Shown: one piece after another, positions 1-11,953 of the stretch | Layout of the letters: each line of letters begins with the position of its first letter | Position numbering within the stretch: position 1 is the stretch's first letter | Assembly (NCBI RefSeq): GCF_011386835.1 | Contig: NC_088797.1 | Span: 26,412,001-26,476,000 of the forward strand | Length of the DNA stretch: 64,000 nt | Direction: 5' to 3' | Origin: Chrysemys picta bellii | Lineage: Eukaryota | Made by a program: the position numbers and the translations under genes | Notes under the pieces: model-generated | Database searches by the model: none | Seen by the model: the letters and a program-made list of their open reading frames with translations, nothing else | What the model was told of the DNA's origin: nothing

Positions 1-2305
1 TTGGGAAAAAAACCTTATGACTCTGTGCACCACAAAATATTCTGTAGATGGTTAGGAGCCCAGCTGACAAGTGGCCAAAAGAATTGAATTATTGAACAAT
101 TATGCATGTAGCTTTCAGTGTTTTAGCGGTTTGTTTTGTTTTTAGCAGTTTTGGATTCCTGGGGGCCTTTTAATCCCGTGAATAGCTCTTACCTGAGAAG
201 CCCTACTGGCTTCAATTGAGCTACTTGTGTGAATCAAGGCTTTATGCAGGAATAAGAGTTTGTAGGACCTGGGGACTTGTAGCTGGATTTTTGTTTTTTG
301 TCTGACTAAATTTTTAGTCTAAAAACTGATTTTCTATAGTTTCAATTAAAAATCAACAGTTCTGCCCAGACTTCTTGTCCTGAAATTTGGAATATGTATA
401 AACATAGCAAATGTCCTTTTTTAAAAGAGCACAATGAAATTTCACAAGCAAGGAAGTAAACTAGCAAAGGAAAACAAAAGTAAAAAGCAAAGCTGTCCTG
501 AGACCAGCATCCTCTGAACTGATTTCCTGAATGTGACTCTGAAATCTTTGCCACAGCGGAGAGCTTGATAAATTAGCACCCCCTTTTTTTTTTCTTTCTC
601 TTTTTTTTGTTCCAGGATAACCTTCTAACATACTGAAACCCCTTCTTGGTTGCCAAGAATGTATTATCCCACAAAAACAGTAGACCAACATCTGTGTGTT
701 TTAAAATAGCGATTCTGGGCAAATGCAAAGTTCTGTGGTCCTATTACTCACATCTGGTTCAGTTTTTCTTTAGTTGTATATTGACCAGTGTTCTTTATTG
801 CAAAAACACAGGCCCTATTTAGAAAAGTCAGCATTTTTTGGACTGGATTATGTTCAAGCTCTTCCCAATAGCAGGAAAATTAACAAAAAAAATTGATTGG
901 CAGCACCGAACAGCCATGTTCAAAATAGTCATGGCCTCTGACACAAGGGAGATTGCTTTAAGTTTCAGTGAAGTTTATCTCTTCAATTCTTTAAAGTGCT
1001 ATTCTCTTTTAGATGGACCCCTATATTTTTAGAAACCTTTGCACATCTTTTTCCTTATTGTTGTGATGTTGCCAATACCAATTTTCAATCTGCTTTTGCC
1101 AAACATTATTCAAGCCATTGGTTTTATCAAGAAGTGTACCAGGAACAGGGAGAAAACTCAGAGGAGTGAACTGGAACAGAGGCAGGCAGTGTATGGAAAT
1201 GGAAATCAAAAAGGTTTCCATCTCTATAGAGAAGCTTTCAGTTCTATGATGTCATACACATGCAACACAAGGGTTTGATACAAAGCGTGTAGAGTCTTTC
1301 CAGTGGACTTCAATGGACTTTAGATCAGACTCCTTAAGAGAGAGTGCCTAAAAGTGCGCTATAAAACAAAACTTTTTATTGGGGGCGGGTGATATTATTT
1401 CTCAATGATCATTTTTGTATGAAACAGTGAAACAAACAAAAATAGTCTGTTTTTTAAAGAGAAAACACACACACACACAAAAAAAACCCAAAGCTGTTTC
1501 TATAGGAAAAGTTACACAGGCTGGCATTAAAACCCAAGTTCTGAACACATTTAGAGACATGATCCTAACGTTTCACCATCTAATAAAATCTTTCTTTTTC
1601 TCAGCACTTCTATCAACAGTCCAAATTAATTTCACTTTGAATTTAAAACTAGACTGGAAACTTTATTAATATTTAAATATAACAAAAGGGTTCTAGATTG
1701 TGATATTATTTAGTAAAACAAATCAATGACAACTGGATCCAGCTACAAAATTAAATCTGTTTTTGTTCATTGTCATGTACTATTTGTATTAAAACAAAAT
1801 ATTGTGTGTGCAATTTGGAATAATCTCTGGGCACAGGGAAAAAAGAGTGGAAGGCTTATGTATCAGCAGTGACATATGACTTATGTATGAACTCCTTTGA
1901 AAGCTGCAAACTTTGACTTACTTTGTTGAGCCAGCTCTGCGGTCGGTCCCAGCATTCTGTAATCTCTTCCTTTAGTGCTCTTGAAATAGCATTTAAAAAC
2001 AAAGAAAAATCTAATAAATGAAAATATAGGGGAGAACCATATAGAACCATACTGGAGGGTAGCATGTGACTTGGTAGATGTAGTTTAAAAAAATTGTGAT
2101 TACAACCTGTAATTCTAATTTATTTCACTTTATCCACGTTTCTGTTACATGAGGGTTGTGTGCATTTGTTTATAGTACTCTGACAGTTTGTGTAGCTGTT
2201 GGGCCAAACTTTGTGCTCAGTGAGACCCATGCTATTGACTTCAGTGGCACTGCATGATTCTAACTGTGTTGGGAACAGGAGGCTTTCCATATTGCTCTAA
2301 AGTAA

Positions 2306-2331
2306 GTGTGTGTGTGTGTGTGTGTGTGTGT
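2306..2331. repeat. (TG)n microsatellite
   Basis: Uninterrupted GT dinucleotide run read directly. Confidence 0.95.
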
Positions 2332-2636
2332 AAGTAAACCACAGGTAACTAAATTATAAAAAGTCTTTGGCTGCAGCTGAGAAGCAGTAATACAGACTGG
2401 TTGTATTTTCATAGTGACATTTCTCCCTCACCATAAACCACCCACTTAGTTATGTCTGATCCTGCTTATCACAGGGGGAAGTTTGGCAAGATTATATGCT
2501 GCTTCTCACTTTTAAAATAGTTATTTCTCATATGCAAGTTCAGATTCTTTTTTATCATTGAGAAAAAATTAGGTTAGGTTATCTAGGCAATGTGTCCATT
2601 CTAAAAACTCTTAACTTTGTTTTTGAGTGATGTTGG

Positions 2637-2849
2637 CTAGGGCTTGACTAAGTTGGGTGGTGTGATGTTGTGAAGTTGCTTCTGGTAATGCTGTTGCCAA
2701 AACTTGGGACCTGAGGTAACAAGTACTGGATCATTTACAATCAATGTTGCTTTATGATGTGTTGCCTTTCCCAGCAGTTCTGCTTTCTTGAGTAGTGATT
2801 GAACGGCAGTAGTCAAAATATTCAGCTGATCAAGAACCCCTGAAGGCAC
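2637..2849 (-). CDS. Candidate terminal coding exon of an unidentified host gene (VPSGVLDQLNILTTAVQSLLKKAELLGK...NLVKP*)
   Basis: Minus strand: gagtaactctgtctacag|GTG acceptor followed by 70 open codons to a stop; the other two frames stop at once. Peptide not recognised. Confidence 0.3.
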   Translation of the reverse strand: MPSGVLDQLNILTTAVQSLLKKAELLGKATHHKATLIVNDPVLVTSGPKFWQQHYQKQLHNITPPNLVKP

Positions 2850-5800
2850 CTGTAGACAGAGTTACTCAAACATTTTCTGAACCAGTTTGACCCATTGCTG
2901 ATTTATTCCAGATCCACTTTCAAGGACTTTAAAATATACAAACTGAAGCGTAAAGTTTATAGCACAGCTCAACAGTTTCAGACAAGATGCATCCCATTCC
3001 AAAAGGGCTTCTTTTATTTAGAATAATTTTTCACAGTCTTTTCATGAGAGAAGAATAGTGTGGATGACTGGCGACTGTTCCTGTGATATAGTTGTGGTAT
3101 GCACAGTGCAAAAGTAGCCTGTCTTCTTGTCTCCCTGGTCCCTAATGGTTCTCCTCTGTGCAGGGTTGCCCTCCTCTAGAACCTTTCCCCCCACACACAC
3201 TCTTGTGGATTATCCCTTTAAAGTTGGCAGAGCTAAGCAGTTGCTCCTCAAAAGTGACTATTTTGCTACTGGTTGCCACTTCCTGTGTGTCCTTCTCTTC
3301 CAGCTGGTAAGCACTACCTCCGTGTAAGTTTTTCCTTTCTTATTCCTAAAGAGAATGGCATGTTCTCACAGTTTCTTTTCCCAAGTAAGGTGGGGTTTGC
3401 TTTCAATAACTACTGATCTAAGCAGAGATCCTGCTTGGTAAGCAAACATTTTTTAGGAATCCTCCAATGTCTCTTTACTTTGTAAATTGGCAGGCTTGCA
3501 AAAGTAAAGAGTAATGCTTGAGCAAATTTGAATTGACCACTACTTGGGAGTAAGGAGGGAGAGTTCAGTAGTACTGTAATTTACTGTCCAAGCTACAGGC
3601 TATAAAACTGAGCAAGTGAGAGATGACCCTGATTTGAGAAGATAAGAACTGGTGAATAAAGACAGTGGGTAAGTAGAGTCCAAATTATGTTATGCAAATA
3701 TAGTGACTTAGTATGCCAAGCAAGCAACTGTCTCAGTCAAAATTGCCTATAAATTCATGGAAAACAGAGAAGACGTATAGTTCTGCAGCTCTGCTTTTTA
3801 GAGGGAAAGAATAATTCCCCCATTACTACTTTTCATATTCTTACATCGTACATTGATGGGTAAAGAGTCTGAAAGTAAATCAAGTCTGAGAAGTTAATGA
3901 ACTGGAAGTATAACCATAACCAAAAAACAGGCCTGATAAAAGCCACTATAAAGAAGATAAACAATGCAAGATGTGGCAGACAAATATACTTTTCTTAAGA
4001 ATTAGTGTCCTTGTTGCTCTCAACAGACAACTGGTTACTTCTGTCAAAAACAATATATTCCTAATAATCTGCAGAGCTGTCTGATTTATATACATAAGAC
4101 TAGACAAATGCTAATGATGATAGGCTTTGAGTGGTTCCTGGATGGTTATATGCATTTTGCAGAAAGATGGTTACTTATGAATTCCTACAAACCTCAGTCT
4201 TCATGATACTATGTTGACACCTAAAAATGAGGTGAAGTTAATTCTTTCTTTATTGTTTATATACATCATAAATTAATTTTTATTTGCATCACAAAAGGTA
4301 TCTTAGTCTTTGCCCTGAGCTCTCTGGTACATGTAAGAGGACATCTCAATGACCGTCTACAACAAAAACTCCAAGCAAAATTCTGGCCTGGGTAGCTGCC
4401 AGTAACGCTGTGTATGGCATGAGGAGTGTCAAGTGAAAGTTTTTTCACTCTTTCTTTGGATCCTGTAACCAGGCCATTTTTGGGGGCTCCTTGTGAGACA
4501 GGAGCTTTGGAATGGCACAGTGTGGCTTGGGAGTTAGAGAGCATGATCCGTGCTTTGGTAGACTCATGTTTTGATCCAGCAGTGTCACCTTTGCATGCCC
4601 CTCTCCTCTTATGCAAATTATTCTACTCCTGGGTCAAATCATGCAGTCTAGAGCCAAGATTGAATTCTCTGTTACATCAGGGTAAATCCAAAGTAACTCC
4701 ACTGAAGCCAATGATAAAGTGAGAGCAGAATGTGGCCCTCATTTCCTACTTACTCCTTATGTAGGCAGAAAAACGTGAATGGATTTCAATAGAAGTTTTG
4801 CTTCTGTAGGAACTGAATGAGGTCTTCAGGATTTGGCACATTGATGCTACTAGTTTCTACCTCCCAACATTTGCAGTGGCTAAATTGGAATGGGTCCTAC
4901 CCCCGCCCCAGGTTGGGGGCTGTGCAGGGGGAGAGAGTGGAGAAGTTGCAGACCGAGCCCGCCCTGCACTGATCCCATAACAGTGGCTCCAGTCCGAAGG
5001 GGCTAGCTGGGTTCAGCTCCTCACTCTAAGCATTGTAACAGCCCTTGGGGTCACAGCAGTGCTCTGGTTTGACATAGCCCCCTTCATGGAGGGAACAGCT
5101 GGGCCAAATTTGAGTGAGTGATTCCAAAATAGGATTATACAAGGATAAAGTAATCAAAAATCCTACTTCAGATACCATTTTACTGTAGGAATGTTCCGGT
5201 ACAATTAGGATGGATCATGTTAAACTTTTGTAGCTGCTGGAACAGTGGGCCTATTTTTTTCACTTTAATCAGGTGTAAACCAATAGTAATTTCATTTCAG
5301 ACAGCTAATGAAAGGTGAATTGGGTCCAACCCACCGATAGCAACTGTGGATTACTAAAATGTTAAAACTCCTCAGTTGGAAAGAATGGGCAAAAATTCAG
5401 AGGATGCTCCAAGGCACTATAATTTTTTTATCAACAGCTAATGATCATTCACTGTTGAGTTACATTTTTACTGAAAAATGCTTAATCAATCATCTATGAG
5501 CAGAACAAGACATATTATTGCTTCCAAATATGTAATGAGGAAAGTAAAGGTGAATATATTGTTCTGATACTAATATATGAGGCTGACATTTGTAAAGATT
5601 CATTAGATAACCCTGCAATAACCTTATCACACATCAATCTTATTTTCATGAAGTTTCAGGGGACAGCTGAAAGTATGCAATGTTACTCAAGCACGCTTCA
5701 TTACCACAAAAACATCATGCAAAATAATTCACAGGATTTGAAATGCAGAATCTAGCACAATGTTAGAATAAGAAACAAAATTATACATTTTGTCAATGCT

Positions 5801-6239
5801 AATAAGTTTTTAGCTAATGAGTTGTTGAAAATGTGTGCAGACCTCATGCAGATTTGTCATTATTGATGTTTATTAATTTAACATTTAATCTTGGGGGGGG
5901 GGAGAGAAAGAAAAAACACACCCAAACTTCAAAGCTCAAGCTGTTCTTTAAGAGCAGTCCAAAAATGTGTTTCTCCAGGCCTAAGGCAGTTCTAAACCAG
6001 CTACAGTTAAACAGAAACCGTTTTTCTCAAACTCTGCAAATGTTTTGAAATATTATAAGTGTCTCCCCACCCCATCCCTGCCGGTAACCAGAGTGGAGGG
6101 AGAACTATTGTTTTTTTGTTGCCCTACAGTAAGGTGAGATTTCCTTGTGAAAAGCTTCAGAATGATCACTTTTATTTAGTTTTTTAAATTTTCATCTCTG
6201 TGATGGGAGCCCTCTCTCTACCCCTATCCCTAGATTCCC

Positions 6240-7038
6240 TGTTGTGAAGGTTTGTCTGGCTATAGCGAAAGAGGGACAGGAGACATTTGATATGGGTTTA
6301 ATCAGGCTACAACTTTATTATTAGATGTCCAGGACTACTTGGCAGATAAAAGTATACAGTGCAGGTAACCCCATGTTTATTCCATAATTACCCAGGGGGC
6401 TTTTATCAGCTCTCCCTCTTTTTCCATCCAGGTCCCTCCAGCAAATCCATTGCCAGGACTTTACCATCAACCCCTTCGTAGGAGGGTTAAGGTGGACTAT
6501 AAGAATGGGGAGTTGGCTCCCTGCCATACCAATCATAGGAATCTCCAACTGCCCCCCGTTCCTTCCTTTAACGAACACCTCTTTTTAAGTCCTTTTCTAA
6601 ACCATTTATCTAGTCACTGTATACCTGTCCTATGGAGTACCTGTAGTGGACATCCTCCGTACACTTACATAATGAGTTGCAACATATGGCCTACTGCCCA
6701 TTATGCCATGCATGAACAGAGCCCTTTCTGAAACCCACTGTGAGGCAGGTGAAAAAACCCCAACTGGACCCAAACCAATATGGTGGTAAGGGAGCCTCAG
6801 CCTGCTCCATGTAAAAGGGAGGCTTCAGGTGCAGAGCTGCCCCTTTTAAAGCCTGCATTCCCAGGGGATGAGTCAGTGACCATGCCGACCCTTTTGCAGC
6901 AGTTTTCATTCCCCACCCAAGCCATAAAGCACTATTCCCCTCATTTGGCCAGCCAGCCAAATACCCCTTCCCCCTTCCCCCCCCCCCTCCCCACGCTTAA
7001 AAGTGCTGTGTGGTCATTATAGAAGTCAGGACTTGACA
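6240..7038 (-). mobile_element. Probable solo LTR (reverse orientation)
   Basis: On the minus strand it starts TGTCA and ends ...CACAACA, with an AATAAA (tttatt near 6314) shortly before the end; about 800 bp. No clean TSD found. Confidence 0.5.
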
Positions 7039-7099
7039 GAATTACCTTTCCAGCAAGAAGATACTACAGATGTGGGCCTCAACTAGTCTCAGGGCCTGA

Positions 7100-7900
7100 T
7101 GGGAGAATGACTCAACATCAAATCCCTTGGTGGAAGGTATGTGGAGGAGGAAGGATTTCTGAGAAGTTATAACATTGCTCTGGGTTCTGGCTAAAGTGTG
7201 TTGATGGTGTTTATCACTTTATACACTATATTTGTGTCCAGTAGTAAGAGGGCTTTGGTAAAATAGCTTATTTGTTTTACTCGTTCCTTTTGTTTTACAT
7301 GGGCTGTTATGAGGACATACTCTGCAATTTTAAACATCTTGAAGACTATTTGTTATAATAGTTTTGGCATAGTCTTCATCAGTTCCTTGAGGAAAGCACG
7401 CTATTTGTATTATCTGACAACATGGTACTAAGGGGAGCCTTTTATACATGCTCTAGGTAGCTAGAAAAGTTTTCAGGAGAGATGCCTGATTACTCTAATG
7501 GGCCAGACCCAACCTAACTGTTCTGCATCAAGTTTGGTGAATATTTCTTTGTTTAAAGAATTCCCATGTAGGCCTTAATTCTGCTGGATATATTCTGCTT
7601 AGGGCTAACCCACTTCAACTTCCACTGGTGTCAACAGAAATTATGGGTCCACAGCACTTTCTTAGTCTGGCCATCACTGAATACCTGCACTGTGGGGGAG
7701 TCAAATTTACTTCTCCCAAACAATTGCACAATATGTATTAAAATGTCTACTTCTGCAAAGATTTCCATCAGACAACAACTATCTGTGACCACTCCACTGC
7801 AAAGAGGTATCTGGATATAATGCACAATAAAAGTTACCAATCATGGACATATTTGGAGCAGTGATGCCAATAATGCCCCCGCCCCCAAAAAGTTTTTGCA
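7100..7900 (-). mobile_element. Highly decayed non-LTR (L1/Tx1-like) ORF2 relic
   Basis: Minus-strand translation gives ...KAP... then RAFLKELMKTMPKLL*QIVF...LLLLDTNIVYKVINTI. This resembles RT subdomains 0-2 (KAPGPDG / FYKEF..L.P.L / ISLLNTDYKIL). Weak similarity with stops. Confidence 0.35.
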
Positions 7901-7942
7901 CTTGCTCAAAGTGGTCCTGTACTAAATCAGTGTAGCTACTAC

Positions 7943-8185
7943 CAGGGCTGGCTCCAGGCACCAGCTCATCAAGCGGGTGCTTGGAGCAGCCAATGGAGAG
8001 GGGTGGCACGTCCGGCTCTTCGGCGGCAATTCGGCGGCGGGTCCCTCACTCCGTCTCAGAGCTAAGGACCTGCCACCAAATTGCTGCTGAAGAATTAGGC
8101 GGCGGTGGTAGAGCTGCCGCAGATCGCGATTGCACCTATTTTATTTTTGCTGCTTGGGGCAGCAAAAACTCTGGAGCCGGCCCTG
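7943..8185 (+). mobile_element. hAT-family MITE (CAGGGCYGGCTC TIR family)
   Basis: TIRs cagggctggctccagg / ctggagccggccctg; exact 8-bp TSD GCTACTAC at 7935-7942 and 8186-8193. Confidence 0.85.
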
Positions 8186-9070
8186 GCTACTACAGCTGCA
8201 TTGTCACAACACCTCTGAAATGTGACCCAGCCACCTCTCCATATATATGGAGGGTTGGCTGGGCCAAATTTCAATGAGTAGCATTGCAACCTGGTGCATG
8301 GGGTCGCTACACCACTGAAATTTGGCCTGGCTGCCTCTCGGTCAAAACGGAGGGGTGTTTGAGCCAAGTGGAGTTGTCATGCACGGGGAATCTGCTCCTG
8401 TATATCAGTGTGCAGGGGAGTTAACCGAGAACTCTACTGGCAGCACCAGCTCATGCGCTGTGTGGTAAGATGGGGGCAGATGCCCTGACTGAGGGATACT
8501 CTCAGTCCCTGGGGAAGGAGGGAGGGATAAAGGGGAACCAGAATGAGGTCCCTGTTGGGTTGGGCAGAGATTGGAGTTCCCACCCTCCCCTGCCAAAGGA
8601 ATAGTTGACTTGCCATCACTGATTTGGGGGCTCCCTTTCCTGCAGTGTTGTCATATGTTCACCATCCAATAGCTTCCCACAGTTCATGAACTGGGAATAT
8701 AATTTGAATATCAATCATTGTCCCACTTTGAGGAGTAATAAACAGCATGAGACCTCACTGATAAAACCAGCCTCTAATTTTGCACCCGCAGTTGGCTCTG
8801 GGTAGAAATGAACATTTGGAAACTAACTCTCTCATTTTCACCTGGGAAGTAGATAGCTAGACAGCTAAGTGTTAACAATTAACCCAATTTTTTGCACCTG
8901 GATTGTGCAATGCATCTCTGGGCTACAGGCCAGGGCTATGTACCAATGATATAAAGAGCTGCATGCTGGAAGCCATGTGGAGTGCACAAGAACCACTTTA
9001 ACTGGTTCTAGAAAACCTATGAACAATGCTGAATATTTTCTGTGCCATCTACTGGCACATTACTTATTAA

Positions 9071-9534
9071 TAAGGCTAATTTTTGTCATGGATATTTTTA
9101 GTAAAAGTCAGGGACAGGTCAGGGACAGGTCAAAGGAAATAAACAAAAATTCACGGAAGCCCATGACCTGTCCCTGACTTTTACTAAAAATATCCCTGAG
9201 AAAATGGGTAGGCGGATTCAGCATCCACTGTTGCTGGGGCTCCTGGGTCCCCCACCACTGAGATGCGTAGGTGCTCTGGAGTCCCCCTGCCCTTGGGGCT
9301 GAGCTGTTGCGGGGTCTCCTTGACCCTAAGGCAGCTGGGAGCTGCAGGGTCCCCCAGCCGCTGGCCATAGCTGGGCCGCTGTGGGGAGTCCGTCCGCCGC
9401 AGCAGGACAGTTGTGGGGAGTCCCCCTGCTGCAACTGGACAGCTGCGGGGTATCTGGGGGTGGCATTGGCTGGGAGCTCCAGTCCCGGGGCAGAAAATGT
9501 CTTCTGTGACCTCCGTGACATAATCGTAGCCCTA
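9071..9534 (+). mobile_element. hAT-family non-autonomous element with internal subterminal palindrome
   Basis: Ends taaggcta / tagcccta; exact 8-bp TSD CTTATTAA at 9063-9070 and 9535-9542; internal inverted repeat at about 9088-9195 (ggatatttttagtaaaagtcagggacaggtca ... tgacctgtccctgacttttactaaaaatatcc). Confidence 0.85.
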
Positions 9535-11089
9535 CTTATTAACTATCTTCATCTATACAGATTTCTCTTTTCTAGAGCACTCGTGCAGTGCTCATTAATC
9601 AGACTTATGTGGTGCATTGGTCAGGTGTTGGCCCAGCGTTACTTTCACCCACAGTGAATTCCAGGTGCAAAACTGGGAGCTATAATTCTGCCTCTTGTTT
9701 ACACCCAGTGTATCTCCCTTGGCTTCAGTGTGTTAGTCCCAAGTTACACTTGTGTGAGAAGAGAGTGAAGCCCTTTATTTCTATGTCTGGCTTAGAAAGG
9801 GAAGAAACTGCTGTTTCTTTACTTGTGGCATTCAAATTAATTTCTTTTAACTAACTTGCTGCCTGCTGTTTTCATGAGAGATAATAGATCCAGTCCATTT
9901 TTATATTGAATTTTATACAGTAGAATGAAATATTTAATTAGAAAGGAAAATATTTAAAATAGCTTTATGTCTTAGTGTCAGTTTACATTGGCATTTACTC
10001 ATGTAGCCACATTTTTCCCCCCTTGGTCATTAATCATTATTAGGGAAGTTGTGTCAGAATTCACAATTAGCTTCAGCTCCTACTGTGGGTCTCATTTCTT
10101 GATAAATTTTGGGCTTCTAGGACCATATGAAAAAATTCAATCTACTTTAGATTTGGTTTTCACTACATAGTATATGTTGCTTGTAGAGATAGATAAGTGT
10201 ATTTACAGCCCATTTCTCACTGGGAGGTTGAAATAATACATTGGATAAGATATTAATGATGATGCTGTATCCTGCTACGGCCTCAAATGTGAAAAGAATG
10301 GACACATTTATTGCCATTACTCCATTTTGGGAATCTCAGCTATGCATGAGATAATGTTGTGACAACCAGTCACCCATTTCTGGGTAGTGATCTTGCCTCA
10401 GGCTCAGCAAGTGGAACTGTAACAAAAGAGGATGAGAATAGGCCAGGAAGGTTAAAGTCAGCACAAGCAGGAAATGCAATTGTGTGGGTTTTATTTTTTG
10501 TCTCCTCCTATTGGTGGTGGTCTAAAAAGGAAAAGACGTGTAACTCCCCCATGTCTGGGAGCATGGTCCCTGCTACAGATAGGGAAATGCATTTCAATGA
10601 GCTTGGAAAAATTTCACCTGTCAAGCAAACTTACCTATCATTTTATTAATTTTAAAAGGTGGTGATCTTTAAAAGGGAGCAGACTTTAATAAAGTTAACA
10701 GACTGTAATCGGGGGGTGGGGAGGTGCAGTTAGCCACGGGAGATTCATGCACTTGCTGCCTGATCTTTTGCCCCCAAACACATGCCCATTAGTAGACAGA
10801 TGACCTCCTAATGCAGACATACCATTACACATGATATTTCCACTAACGTACAGCATCAGAACTGGTGACGTTCGCGAGCGATATCTGGTAAATTGTTAAT
10901 AAATGGCCTGATGAATAATATGAAACACTGCCAGTGTTCTACAAGAAATGTTAAAGTGTAAACCACAGTGTAGTTATATTTCCATTTACACCACAGACTT
11001 CTATAAATTCAGTTTTTGAAACCGAAGTGCTTACCAGAATTCAATCCACCTCCCCTTCTAGTCCCGTTTGCTTTCCCGCCCTCTTTTAG

Positions 11090-11122
11090 TGATGTCCTGG
11101 CCATGGCTTATGTGCTGGCTCA
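11090..11122 (+). CDS. Candidate 33-nt microexon (DVLAMAYVLA or MSWPWLMCWL depending on phase)
   Basis: Strong acceptor tttgctttcccgccctcttttag| and donor CA|gtgagt; frame-preserving length. No gene recognised. Confidence 0.3.
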
Positions 11123-11846
11123 GTGAGTTGAGATTCTCTCTTCATCACAACGCTAATGTGTGAATGGCAATACGCTTGCAGTTTTGGAGAGACTGTCTTG
11201 GCAGTTTCAGTCTGCAGTTCTGACAGGAAATCATTTTTCTCCCTTGAAGCATGATTATTGGGTTACTCAAGTGCAATATAACCACTGTTCAAATGTTGTT
11301 TGTGTGTGGTTTTTTTGGTCTTATGAGAATTCTAAACTGTCCCAATGCTAAACATAACATTGGATAGATTTGCAAGAAGAAAGCAATATGTCATTTTCAG
11401 TGACTACTTATGATTTTACTTTATCATTATTGTTGCCTTGATACCCTCTTCAGTTGCAGCAGGACTTGGGAATCAAAGCTGCTAATAGACCACTGACTGC
11501 ATGTATTAGCTAACCCCTTTGGCTTTTCGCTGAAGTGTAGGGATGTCACAGTGTCCTACTGGAGACACTTGTGAATGAGCAAAATAATGGAATACGGGTT
11601 GAATTGGTTTTATGTCTTTTAGAGGTTTCCCTTGTACCATTTGGTTATGTCTTGAGTGCTCTGGTACAACTATTTCAGATTTGGTCTATTTAATGCCTTA
11701 GATATCTACTGTCTTGTTTAGCAGAACAATCTTCTAATATAAAATATTTTGCTCTGAGTTCTGCAGATGCTAATAAAAAAGTATTAAAGGAGCCTGAGGG
11801 ATGTTGCTGGCATCTTCTCTATAGATTTTCAAACAGTAATAATTTA

Positions 11847-11953
11847 GGCCCCAATCCTACACACACTTAACCATATAAGTAGCCTCGTGAGTTTAATGAG
11901 ACTATTCTTATTTGTTAAGTTAAGCACATATGTAAATGTTTGCAGGATCGGGG
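11847..11953. mobile_element. Old short palindromic MITE family (probably PIF/Harbinger-type); related copies at about 24028-24138 and 26708-26835
   Basis: Shared ends ggcc(c/t)aat(c/t)ct(a/g)caaacactta ... tgcaggatc(g/a)g; three diverged copies visible in the window. Confidence 0.55.

Noticed and set aside
1011-1278. Coding exon near the window start (RWTPIFLETFAHLFPYCC... or KPLHIFFLIVV...)
   Set aside because: Two acceptors, several open frames on both strands and no recognisable protein. It cannot be supported.
10900-10945. Hammerhead look-alike CTGATGA-ataatat-GAAAC-actgccagtgtt
   Set aside because: Helix III and a GUU triplet can form, but stem II is only 7 A/U nt and stem I cannot pair (C opposite C). 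It is not a viable ribozyme.
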